The translations under genes and the position numbers were made by a program. Shown here in pieces: positions 1-11,468 of a DNA stretch of 64,000 nucleotides (the stretch's first letter is position 1; the number at the start of each line of letters is the position of its first letter). The notes under the pieces were generated by a model. The model did not search any database and had not been told where the DNA came from. It worked only from the letters and a program-made list of their open reading frames with translations. The DNA is taken from the NCBI GenBank assembly GCA_964016885.1, contig OZ024744.1, forward strand, positions 8,556,001-8,620,000, written 5' to 3'. The stretch is from Eledone cirrhosa. Lineage: Eukaryota.

Positions 1-1360
1 AGTGTGGTGTATATCATAGTAGTGTAGCGTATATTATAGTAGTGTGGTATATATTACAGTAGTGTGGTGTATATTATTGTAGTGAGGTATATGTTGCACT
101 AGTGTGGTGTATATTATAGTAGTATGCTGTATATTATAGTAGTGTGGTGTATATTACAGTAGTGTGGTATACATTATAGTGGCGTTGTATTTATTATAGT
201 AGTGTGCTGTATATTATAGTAGTGTGACATATATTATAATAGTGTGGTGTATATTATAGTAGTTTGCTATATATTATAGTGGGCGGGTGCTATATACTAT
301 AGTAGTGTGGTGTATATTATTGTAGTGTGGTGGTATATATTATAGTAGTGTGGTATATATTATAGTAGTGTGGTAAATATTATATTAGTGTGTTATATAT
401 TATTGTAGTGTGGTATATCTTATAGTACTGTGTTATATATTATAGTAATGTGGTGGTGTATATTATAGTAGTTTTGTGTAGATTATAGTAGTGTGGTGTA
501 TATTATATTAGTGTGGTATATATTATAGTAGGGTAATGGATATTATAGTAGTGTGGTATATATTATAGTAGTGTGGTATATATTATAGTAGTGTGGTGGT
601 ATATATTATAGAAGTGTGGTTTATATTATAACGGTCTGGTGTATATTATAGTAGTGTGGTATATATTATAGTAGTGTGGTGTATATTATAGTAGTGTGAT
701 ATATATTATAATAGTGTGGTATATATTATAGTAGTGCGGTATATATTATATTAGTGCGGTATATATTATTGTAGTGTGGTGTATGTTATATTAGTGTGGT
801 GCTGTATATTATAGTAGTGTGTTGTATATTATAGTAGTGTGGTGTATATTATAGTAGTGTGGTATATATCACAGTAGTGTGGTGTATACTATAGTAGTGT
901 GGTATATATTACACTAGTGTGGTGTATATTATAGTAGTGTGCTGTATATTATAGTAGTGTGGCATATATTATCGTAGTCCGATATATATTATAGTGGTGT
1001 GGTGTATATTATATTAGTGTGGTAAATATTATATTAATTTGTCATATATTATAGTAGTGTGGTATATATTATCATAGTGTGGTACATTTTATAGCACTGT
1101 GTTATATATTATAGTAGTGTGGTTGTATATATTATAGTAGTGTTGTGTATACTATAGTAGTGTAGCGTATATTATAGTAATGTGGTATATATTATGTTAG
1201 GGTGGTTGTATATATTATAGTAATGTGGTGTATATCATAGTAGTGTGGTATGTATTTGTGTAGTGTGGTATATATTATAGTAGTGTTGTGTATATTATAA
1301 TAGTGTGGTGTATATTTTATAGTAGTGTGGTACATATTATAGTAGTGTGGTATATATTAT
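1..1360. repeat. ~20-bp minisatellite, consensus TAGTAGTGTGGTATATATTA (runs off the left edge)
   Basis: Dozens of diverged tandem copies read directly. Confidence 0.97.
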
Positions 1361-3206
1361 AAATGTCTTTATTAGCCACAAGGGGACAAATACAAATGGG
1401 GAGTTTACATACAGGTATATGAAAATAAAACTATTAATAAAATAACAAATAACAATTGATATCCCCAATAGGGGGGAGGATTTACACAGTGGTTGTACAC
1501 AGCCCGAAAAAATGTACAACCCTCATCTTCAGGAGCATCAAGAGTGAGTACTCCCTTCCTCTCTTCCTCCTTTCCCTCAACCTACAGGCTTATATAGAGA
1601 GAAGGCCCAACCACTCGGGCCATCTTTGCTACATTCACCCACCTTTTATAAAAGTTGCTGGGGTACAGCACCTCTCTCTCCATCCTGATTCTTCTTCCAA
1701 AATGATATTTGAAAAAACGAATCAGTTGCTCGCCGGAGAGAAAGGTGTCTGATCCCAGCCCTTTTAACCTCATCCACCATATAACCTCTTTCACCATAGC
1801 CATAACACATAGGAAAACCGCCTCTCCCTCGTTTTGGAAGGAGGGTGCTGTTTGATCATGACAATAGACTCGGTGGTCAACTGGATTGGTCCCACCCGCG
1901 ACAATAGTCGTTCTACATATCCCCACAGGTCGGTAACGCCCGGACAGTGTATAAATGCGTGCGCGACGGGTTCCTCGTCGCGCACGCATCTCGGACAGAT
2001 CTTTTTCGAAGGGTCACTATCCCGGCGCCCGTGTCTGTAGAGCTTGTCTCGAACTGGTAGAGCTCCTCGGTAGCACTGACTGCAAGGCCAGGGACTTTTG
2101 GAAGTTGTCCATTGGTCCCGGAGGGAAGGTCCTACCAAAGAGACTGGCCAGTTCGTCCTCCTCTCCGCCTAGAGTTTCTTCGAGCGTGTCGTCGCACTTG
2201 CTGCGGACCAACAATCTATAGAATGTCGAAGTGGAGTCTCCACTGATCGCCGGGTCCGTTTGCCAGAGGACCGTGAGCGCCTGAGCACATTCGATGTGCC
2301 AGTCGCCCATTTTCCTGGATCTTTGCTTGACCCTGGACTGCAGCTCGGTCAGCGAGACGAGTCGTGGGAAGGCTCGCCTCACGAACGGGGCTCACACCGG
2401 TTGTCTGGTGAGGAATACGTGGAAGTGCCGCAGCCTGAGCGCGTGTTTGCGCATCGTTAGCCACGGCATCCCCAGCCCTCCGTTGGAAGTGTGTTGGCAG
2501 CAGACGGATTTTCTCACCAAAGGAGCCCGTTTCTTCCAAAGGAATAGGAAGAGCGCGCGCTCCATTTTGGTGAGCGTTTTGGCTGGACAAGGCACGACGG
2601 TCAAGCGGTAGTAGATGGCAGACGCTATAAAAGTGTTCGCCACCTCCGCTTGAACTTTCAAGGATAGTTTGCACTCGGCCCACTTCTGGGTGAGCGCAAA
2701 CACCTTGGCCGTCACCTTGTTCCAGTTCTTCTCCACCTGGAGGTCCGGACCAAACCAGACCCCGAGCAGCTTTACCGATCCTTCTGTCCAGTGTTCGACG
2801 ACGCCATCGGAAGGCATCGGTTTGCCTCTCCACGTTCCGAGTTGCAAACCGACATATTTGTCCCGGTTCGGCTTCGCTCCTGTGAAACTTTCGTATTCCT
2901 CCAGTAGGGTGCCGACATCCCCAATTTGCGAGGTGCTCGACACCATTACCGTCATTTTGTATTCCTCCAGTATTCCTCCAGTAAGGTGCCCGACGTAGGC
3001 TGACGCCGCTTTTCGCAGTCCCGGTTCCAAAGGGATGCCCTGCAATAGCTCCAACTTCCGCAGTAGTGGCTCGAGAGTCAATACGTACAGAAGGGAAGTG
3101 CGAAGGCAACCCTGTCGGATGGATCGCGTGATATGGATCGGTTCCGAGAGGTAGCCGTTCACCTTGACCCATGAGCAGATGTTGCTGCTGTGCATTGCAG
3201 CAATCC

Positions 3207-3208
<2 letters not shown>
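1361..3208 (-). mobile_element. Tx1/L1-clade LINE copy A, 5'-truncated (RT C-half, CCHC finger, 3'UTR)
   Basis: ORFs 2392-3288, 2017-2382, 1791-2138 and 1582-1989 give SIRQGC, KLLGVWFG, GGLGMP and CPRC..EEPVAHAFIHC. The 3' end CCCTTGTGGCTAATAAAG matches the other copies. (GATA)n follows at 3208-3241. Confidence 0.9.
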
Positions 3209-3243
<35 letters not shown>

Positions 3244-3379
3244 TGGAATGTAGAGAAATGACACACGAGTTGATATATATATAAACAAATAGTAAAAAGG
3301 GGAAAAAATACAATAGAAAATGCTGGAGGGATTTGTTCAATATAACATCAAAACATTTATTTATAAAGTAGGGATTTCC

Positions 3380-4815
3380 GCATTTAATCCTGTACCTGTT
3401 TCAGCTTTATATGCTTTTTCAACGATAGAAGTGTATAATGCAGTTAAATTGCATATTTATACGAATAATAAAATGGAGAAAAAATGTTTAGTTTTTACAT
3501 ACATATTTAGGGAGGAAAGTTCATATTTTTGTCCGTAGTTTTCTTTCGTTCTCTGTTAGTGTTGACCAACAGAGGTGGTAGCAGTTTAAATTGGTGGATT
3601 CGACTGTAGTGGTAGTAGTGAGGGGAGAAGGTGAAGGGAGGAAGAAGAGAAGAAGAAGGGGATAGGTGTGGTGGTGATAGAGTCATTGTTAATAACGGTA
3701 AAGGGAACTGTCCCTGGGATTGGTTTGAATGATTGAATCACCTTAATGTTGACTTATGAAGTATTTGTCTCTAAAATTATCTATCTTGGTATTCCTGTCT
3801 GAAATGCTGGCATACTTAAATTGACCTGCAGTGTGGATGTTTCTAAGAGATCTTTCTTAAATTTCCAACGTTTACACCACTCCACATATATCACCATATT
3901 TTCACAGTAAAGGTTCCATCCTATATAATTATCTCACACAATACAGAGTCCATAAAACCTTGATATTTCTCACCCCGAGAACATCACCCCAACATCAGTA
4001 TGAGTAGCCAGCCACTGCCAGCCTGAACTGAAAGAGGCGGGAGAACTCCGGCCGGAGACAGTTGGTTCAAATGCTAAAGGGTTAATTCATCCAGGGTGCT
4101 AATTTTAAAGTGTGCCAACTGTAGTTTCGTCCGAAGTGGATGCATTTAGAAGGGGTTGGTATTTGGCAATAAAGTGTGATTCCTTGCTAATACGCTGGGT
4201 GTAGGAAGTGTTGTCTTTAAATTTGTAGAGGGGAAACATTCTGAAATTGAGTTTTTCATTAGAGGCGCAGGTAGCAATGTGTTAACTCAGTGCTATCTTT
4301 CTGTATTTTCCGTATTTTAATTTGGGATCTATGAACGACTATACGTTGACGGAGACAGTTTTTAGTCTGTCCTATGTAGTGTTCTCGAGAGCCTGAACAA
4401 GTCAACACATATACCAGGTTTTCTAATGCGCATGTGAAATTGTATTTAACTGTAAAGTGTTGTCCTTGTTTGAAGTGGAACTCCGTTCCCTGTATTAGCT
4501 TGATACACAGTTGAGTCTTCCGCATTTTCTTACTGTAGGGTTCATTGTTGAGGTCGGCTGAACTTTGGCCTGTATAAGGATGTTTTTCATTATTTGGGTT
4601 GTATTTTGCTCTTTATGATGTGCGTTTCAAGGATTTGATTCCTTCTTAGATCTCTTTTAAGTAAAGGTATGTTCTGGAGGATGGTGTCGAAGGCCTCATT
4701 GTTAAGGGGGTTGTGTGTGGAGATGTCTGGTAGGGCTTTCGGTTTCGATTTCTTTATTTTGGGGTGTCTATGTTCCTGGACGTTGAGTTTTAGGGCACGT
4801 TGGAATCGATTGATA
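3380..4815 (-). mobile_element. Penelope-like element fragment (Neptune-like GIY-YIG end plus 3' region)
   Basis: ORF 4259-4525 has NLVYVLTC..HYIGQTKNCLRQRIVVHRSQI. ORF 4590-4841 resembles the linker of the 17.2-19.4 kb PLE. Confidence 0.75.
3387..3426 (-). ncRNA. Degenerate minimal hammerhead ribozyme
   Basis: Minus strand TTGAAAA-AGC atataaa GCT-GAAAC-AG-GTA. The core deviates from CTGANGA. It lies downstream of the PLE endonuclease ORF. Confidence 0.4.
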
Positions 4816-5049
4816 ATTATATATACTAGCAGAAAAACCACCCTTAGGGTGGTTTTCTGCTAGCATGTGTAGTGTGTATATTGATATATACGCAGGTATA
4901 TATACATGTAGATATACGTCAAATAAAATCGCAATTGACAATATACACAGAAATTGAAGAGAGTCTGTGTTACACTGTCTTATGTAATCAGTAACGTAAT
5001 CCATGATACATTAAAAAAGACGATATTATATATAAACTGCAACGAAAAG

Positions 5050-5240
5050 GGCGGTGAATTGGCAGTATCGGTAGAGGGTTGGACGCCATGCTTTCTAGCA
5101 TAGTTACGTCCCCTTACAGTCTGAGTTCAAATCCCGCCCAGGTTAACTTTGCCTTTCATCCTTACGGGGTCGATAAAATAAAGTACCAGTAATGTACTGG
5201 GTGATTTGCTGACCTTGTGTCTAAAGTAAAAACAATTATA
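5050..5240 (+). mobile_element. tRNA-derived SINE (octopus-type)
   Basis: A-box-like TGGCAGTATCGG, B-box GAGTTCAAATCC, body GCCTTTCATCC..GGGGTCGATAAAATAAAGTACCAGT and tail CCTTGTG..AAACAATTAT. A second 3' half is at 5432-5505. Confidence 0.85.
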
Positions 5241-5567
5241 TATAAACTGCATTAGGAGAAAATTAGTGACGAAAATATATGAATGTTTATTTAAGCGATC
5301 GCTAACCGGAAGTGTTGACATTTGGAAATTTTAAAGAAGTGAATCTTTAAATAAGGAACAAAATTATTTATGTGTAATCAAGAGTAACGAAATTTAGTAG
5401 ATAAATTATGTAACATTCATTCATTATTTATTCGATAAAATAAAGTACCAGTAATACACTGGGTAATTGCTGGCCTTGTGCCAAATGTAGAAACAATTAT
5501 TTATTCAAAGTAATCCAACTTATTTTACAAAAACATATTCTGGACGCAGTCCTGCACTCCTTACTTT

Positions 5568-5636
<69 letters not shown>

Positions 5637-5724
5637 TGTGTGTGTATGTATGTTTATATGAATTTAGTGCCTCATATATATGTGTGTGTGCGTTCAAGGA
5701 CACGTCTTTGCACATATAAATTTG

Positions 5725-5888
5725 CACTTCTGACGAGATTTCGAAGAAGAATCGGTCCTCCTCATCTTCATTGTAACCTGAGCTGATCGATGTCGAAACA
5801 ATTGTAATATTCCAGTAAAGTTTGTACTTCTGCTGCAACACTGACTTCGATTCTCACACACACACACACTATACATATCACCCCCCCC
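5725..5888 (-). pseudogene. Candidate exon 3 of a GH38 alpha-mannosidase-like (pseudo)gene
   Basis: GDMYSVCVCENRSQCCSRSTNFTGILQLFRHRS resembles the recalled GH38 motif G.MQLTVLTDRSQGGSSL.DG.LELMVHRR. Confidence 0.5.
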
Positions 5889-5892
5889 TACA

Positions 5893-5980
<88 letters not shown>

Positions 5981-6365
5981 GTGTGAATGTTTACGTGACT
6001 CTGTATCACAATGGGATAGTATTTACGAGCACAATTTTCAATACGACATTCGATTGTTAATATTTTTCCATGTGATGCCATTTGCAAATAGAATTAGATG
6101 GAATTAGTTGTATTTCTATATATTACCAATATGATAATAGCATAGATATTTGTATGAGTTAGAACATTATGTTGACCTCAGACGTCATTTGAAATACTGA
6201 GATTATCATTCATTCAAGTGTGCATGTGCGTGTGTTAAAAATAAACGGAAAACAACCCATTAAAATGATACAGTATAACGAAGAGTTGGAAATTATGAGG
6301 CAAGGAAAACGGTTGATTGTTTTCTTCTGTATGTATGTCGGCTGTAAGAAGTATTAACAACTTAT

Positions 6366-6630
6366 CTGAAGGGAGAGTCCACCACGGCTGACAAGATAGA
6401 GAAGACATTGCCCCGGAGGCGTGTGTAGAAGATGCGCTGGAACAACAATTCCACCTCGCGAGTCTCGCACCTGCGGGTAGCCAACTCTGCTCCACTAGAG
6501 GTAAATAAGGATGTAATCCGGGATCCAAGAATGCTAGAAGTCACCATTTTCATATATTCAACCTCAAACCCATCTGAGAGCATTCATTCATACATAATTC
6601 TAGTGAAGCCGGGCATTGTCGAATAGTTAG
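6366..6630 (-). pseudogene. Candidate exon 2 of a GH38 alpha-mannosidase-like (pseudo)gene
   Basis: MPGFTRIMYE*MLSDGFEVE..FTSSGAELATRR..LRGNVFSI resembles YPG..HLELEW...KEV...FYTDSNGREILERR...VAGNYYPV. It has an in-frame TGA at 6584-6586 and a donor-like CAG/ATAAGT at 6365-6360. Confidence 0.55.
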
Positions 6631-6968
6631 AAAGTTCGCATCGAAAACACGAAGACGCGGTTCAATCCCGTAGCTTGGCTTTTTGTTGAGGCATCATTTA
6701 ACATTTCTTCTGCATGAATAATCACTTGAGAGGGAAATTAGGACGACGAAATGTGTGTCATAATTAAAATTTCAAGCTTAGTCACATGTTACGTTACACT
6801 TGTTTATTACGTAAAGAGTAATATCTCTGGAAATCTCAACAATAATGAAAGATTGGTTCAGCATGTAAGGCAATGATGCAGGCCTGTCGATCACTGTGTG
6901 GCACCGGTTGGACTTGGGGGAACTACGTTAACGGTAAAACAGTACAAGTATCTATAGAATTCCTTCTT

Positions 6969-7147
6969 ATTTCTACTATAATTTACCATGGACCTAGATA
7001 TGTCCATTATAATATACCATGGACCTAGATATTTCCACTATAATATACCATGGACCTAGATATTTCCACTATAATATACCATGGACCTAGATATTTCCAC
7101 TATAATATACCATGGACCTAGATATTTCCACTATAATATACCATGGA
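6969..7147. repeat. 31-bp tandem repeat CCATGGACCTAGATATTTCCACTATAATATA, ~5.5 copies
   Basis: Units start at 6986, 7017, 7048, 7079, 7110 and 7141. Confidence 0.95.
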
Positions 7148-7549
7148 TTGTACTTGTTTTTCAAGAGCATGGCACGTTGCTTTACAGTGATTCGGCTGAA
7201 GGATTAAGTTAAGAGTATACGTGTCTTTGAAATACCCAACCACTTACAGGTTAATTTAACGAACGAGTTAATCTAACAACTGAATGCTCCAATTTGAAAC
7301 CAAAAACCGACAAAGAGGGTCCATTACTACAGTAGTAACGTTCCAATAAATGTTTATTATTCACAGTTGTATAAATAACATTACAAATATTTACAAAGTT
7401 AGCTTAATAACCATTGTGTGATTACATAGATAAGTAGACGAAAGGACTATGAATGCCGTGAGTTACATTCCAGGAAATGTTTCAGATTGGTTTTATCTGA
7501 AATATTATGTTAGTTTTATTTCAGAATTACTCTCGGGTCGGAAATTATA

Positions 7550-7790
7550 CGGGGGTGCTGGAATAAGAGGGGGTGGAATAAATGGGGTGGGTCGGACAAG
7601 CTGGGTGATGGGAATAGTAGGGGTGGAATAAATGGGGGGTTGGGACAAGCTGGGTGATTGGAATAAGAGGGGTAGAATAAATGAGGGGTTGCGACAAGCT
7701 GGGTGATTGGAATAAGAGGTGGGGATAAATGGGGGTTGGAATAAGTGGGGGTTTGGAATAAGTGGGTGGTTGGAATAAGTGGGGTGGGAG
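7550..7790. repeat. G-rich degenerate tandem repeat (TGGAATAAG/GGGG units), possibly subterminal repeats of a non-autonomous DNA transposon
   Basis: Recurring GGAATAA(G/A) followed by G-runs. The transposon origin is inference only. Confidence 0.55.
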
Positions 7791-9442
7791 AGATCAGTAA
7801 TTCTTTTAGGTTGTTTCCGTTGATTTTTTAAAACCAGAATTAGTCGTTTAGTTTACATATTGAGACCCACAACCCATCCTATTTATTTTATAACGTATTA
7901 GATTTCTAGTAATCTACTTTTATTGTTATGTATAATGTTTTTTAATGTCTAAAGAAAAAATGTATTGTTGCAGGAATGATGCCACTTAAAGTAAAATTTC
8001 TCCGAAGATAGATTAGTAAAACTTAATAAGCAGTGATGGGGTAGGGTGGGGGTTGGGAACAATTTGAAAAATCACTAAGCGAGGGGTGGGGATTATTTGT
8101 GATCTGTAAATATGACTGGAAAAAAGCGAAAGCGTACGACAAAATATCTCACGGCATCTAGTCCACCTCTTTACGTTCTGAGTTCAATTCTTGCTGAAGT
8201 CAACCAATAAAGTAGCCTGCTCAACTTTATCGTTCAACTTAGTAGACATAGCATCAGCTCACGACCTCTCATTTATATCGGCCGTGTAAGTTAGCAAAGT
8301 GGCTGTGGAGCTATCTTACGACAGTTTTTTTTCCCAGAGCCCCACGTTTTCATTTAAAATTGAGACATAGTCAACAATACTTTTCATCTCTTCAGTGTCG
8401 ATAAGAAATAAGAAGTAATCTAGGGTGGTAGAAGTAGCGGGATTTTAAAATCGCTGGATGCAATGCTTTGTACTATCTGTTGCGTTACGTTCATATTCAA
8501 GATAGCTACAGGTTGCTGCTCTTTTGGTTCTGAGTTTAAATCCTTCGGTGTTCTGCTTAGTATCTGGATTTAAACCGTCACCCGATATAATAACACCGCA
8601 TAATCCGCAAGAAATCTTTAGCGAGGTTCATTATGAATTCAGTTGGTCAGGTCTTCTGATTTAAGAATACTTCCCTCCCTCACCTCCCTGCCACATATTT
8701 CGGAAGCCTTAAAAATTGGTAATAGACATTACCCTTCCCTCAATGACTAAGAACTCAACATAAATTACAAGATAAAAAAGAAAAGGTAGAAAATGAGTAA
8801 CAACTAAAAAAAAAAAATGTTTATTTCCTTCATATTAGCTATTGATAGAATCTCCTGTTGCATTTTTCCTATTGTGTTCGAATGAATCGATTATAGGGCT
8901 CTATCATTACTGTATAAATTTCTATCTTAGAGCTCTGGTAATTCCAAACTGATCGATAAAGTGATTTCTTTCAAATAGGAACCAGCTTTTGTTAAATATC
9001 TTAAGCTTAGTATTACTTTCTATTTTCTCTATCTAGGAATTGGTAAAACATCATTTTTTGCTATCATCTTTATTTTATTGTATATTCTTGTAAAAGGAAG
9101 TACCAACTCCTCGTTGCAGCCAATATATTGAATTACATAATATGTTTGGTTAACAATACTGTTTGGCTCGGATAACTTCAAACATTCATTTGTATGTAAA
9201 CACACACAGATACACACACAGACACACACACAGACACACAGACATACACAGACACACACACACAGACATACACACACACACAGACATGCACGCCCCTCCC
9301 CCCCCCCCCCACATATATATATTATATATATATCTGTATATATATATATATTATTTATATATATATATGTATATATATATTTCGTTTCTGAATTTGTTTA
9401 GCAAGATTCTTATTGGCAACATGACTCTCCCACAGTATAACA

Positions 9443-9533
<91 letters not shown>

Positions 9534-9639
9534 ATATTATATACATATATATGTATATAGGTATGTTTATATATATATATTATATATATATATATTATAT
9601 ACATATATATATATATGTATATAGGTATGTTTATATATA

Positions 9640-9713
<74 letters not shown>

Positions 9714-9721
9714 ATATATAT

Positions 9722-9969
9722 TTGAAGGTGTTTTTTTATGATAACACCCCAGTTAGAAAATTTGCTCCGTAAGAATTGCCTGTGTCCGAAGGAACCTGCA
9801 GCCGTAGAATCAGCCAGATCCATACAGTGATCATGTCTCGAGCTACCTGCCGGCGAAACAATTGAAACACGCAATAAACTGAGTCCAGATGCATCACTGA
9901 TTTTTCGTTTTTTTATACTATTCACACTCTGCTCTGTAAAAATATTGAGTGCTAATTTTGGCATACCGC
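9722..9969 (-). pseudogene. Candidate exon 1 of a GH38 alpha-mannosidase-like (pseudo)gene
   Basis: [18 protein letters not shown]...[11 protein letters not shown] resembles NAS.G...SDQASGAYIFR...QEVHQNFSAW. An acceptor-like TTTTTACAG ends at 9934. The order is collinear with the other two exons. Confidence 0.4.
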
Positions 9970-10155
9970 CTATGGAAGCACAATAGCTACCATTACACAC
10001 ACGTATATATATATATATTTATTAAAATAACAGATTTGCTTAAACTTTAATCTGTTATTTTAATAAATATTTGCTCTACGGTTCTTATATATTTGATATA
10101 TATTTTCCTTATCGAGCCCTCTTTGGATTTTAGTCTTCAATTTTATTATTATTAC

Positions 10156-10186
<31 letters not shown>

Positions 10187-10540
10187 GTGAGGTTTTTTTT
10201 TACAAAATGAAAAATAACCGAGGTGTCCTACACGAGTGAAAGTATAAAGAAAAAGAGATGAAATCGAAAATGCAACTGGAGTCTTATTTTTAAAAAAAAA
10301 TAAGACTCCAGTTGCATTTTCGATTTCATCTTTTTATATATATATATATATATATATATGTGTATATATAGTGTATTTTGCAATACACTGTATGCTTAAT
10401 TAAAAGTATTTTGAAGACCTTACGCTATTGTTTTAGAGTAGTAACAGTCTCACTTACTTTAATTTTCAGCATACAGTGTATTGCAAAATACACTGTATAT
10501 ACATTCATATATATATATCGCTATTTCAGAGCACCAATTC

Positions 10541-10609
<69 letters not shown>

Positions 10610-11149
10610 CATGTATACAGAGAGGAGGAGAATGAGAGACCGAGTGTGGGAGAAGAAGGGGCGATGTGGAGATCGATATGAAGTCATGAAACTATTGGCT
10701 ATTTATCTGCACAATTTAATGAAGCATTAAAACTACACATTGATAAATGGTGGTTAGTTATAACATCATGCGGTTTCTTTACAAACACTAATCAGTGATG
10801 AGTTTAATTCTAATACGAGACTTTTCTAATTCAATATTGATTCAGTAGCCTTTATATCTAATCGATATTCCATACACATGGTATTTCCATTTACACACTT
10901 ATGCTGTCGTCTCTTTTAATGTCTCTTATTGTGGATCATCCAGTTTTGAAATTCCGTTATTTTAGAGAAGCAGAATTATATTTTGTAGGGGAATCACAAC
11001 ACAAAACATTTAACTTTTGATAGTTTTCATATTTTTGTTTATTTTCATTGTAACAAGGTGTTTGTATTGAGTATTCATTTGTACATTTCTGATATAGTTG
11101 TGAAAGGGAGTGACATAGTGGTTAGAGTGTTCGGCACGATGCTTTATTC

Positions 11150-11468
11150 CCCGTTCCTCCAATAAATATGAGGAGCAGTCCTATCACTTCATGGATCCTT
11201 GCCTCGTATCTCTGATACTGGGAAGTGTCGTCGTCTGGCCCTTGCCAGTCATGTCACTCGCCATAACGAACCCAGCTTGAAGATTGCTCTTTTGGTGTCC
11301 TGATACAAAGAGACAAGTTTCTCAGCTGTATGTGTCACCTTGAAATCAATCATCGAGATGGACACAGGACTGATAACAACAGATCTACTTGGTGTAATGG
11401 TTGACCGAGGGCTCTGGAGCTCCAGCTTTGTCAATGCTTCACCACCACCACCACAAGATTTCGGATGA
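11150..11468 (+). mobile_element. RTE-like LINE 3' fragment
   Basis: Plus-strand translation LHGSLPRISD/RRLALASHVTRHNEP...TLKSIIEMDTGL...LLGVMVDRGLW is typical of an RTE-type ORF2 C-terminus. It runs directly into (GAA)n. Confidence 0.65.

Noticed and set aside
1-1360. Telomeric repeat
   Set aside because: The unit is a diverged 20-mer, not TTAGGG; treated as a minisatellite.
5050-5140. tRNA gene
   Set aside because: A/B boxes are present but there is no cloverleaf, and it continues into a SINE body found in several copies.
6969-7147. CRISPR-like 31-bp repeats
   Set aside because: Units are contiguous with no unique spacers, there are no cas genes, and the context is eukaryotic.
8100-8560. 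Two very decayed SINE-like stretches (GTTCTGAGTTCAA / GTTCTGAGTTTAAATCC)
   Set aside because: Probably SINE relics, but boundaries cannot be supported, so they are not listed as features.
11249-11434. 61-aa minus ORF as a host exon
   Set aside because: The opposite strand matches an RTE-like LINE C-terminus better.
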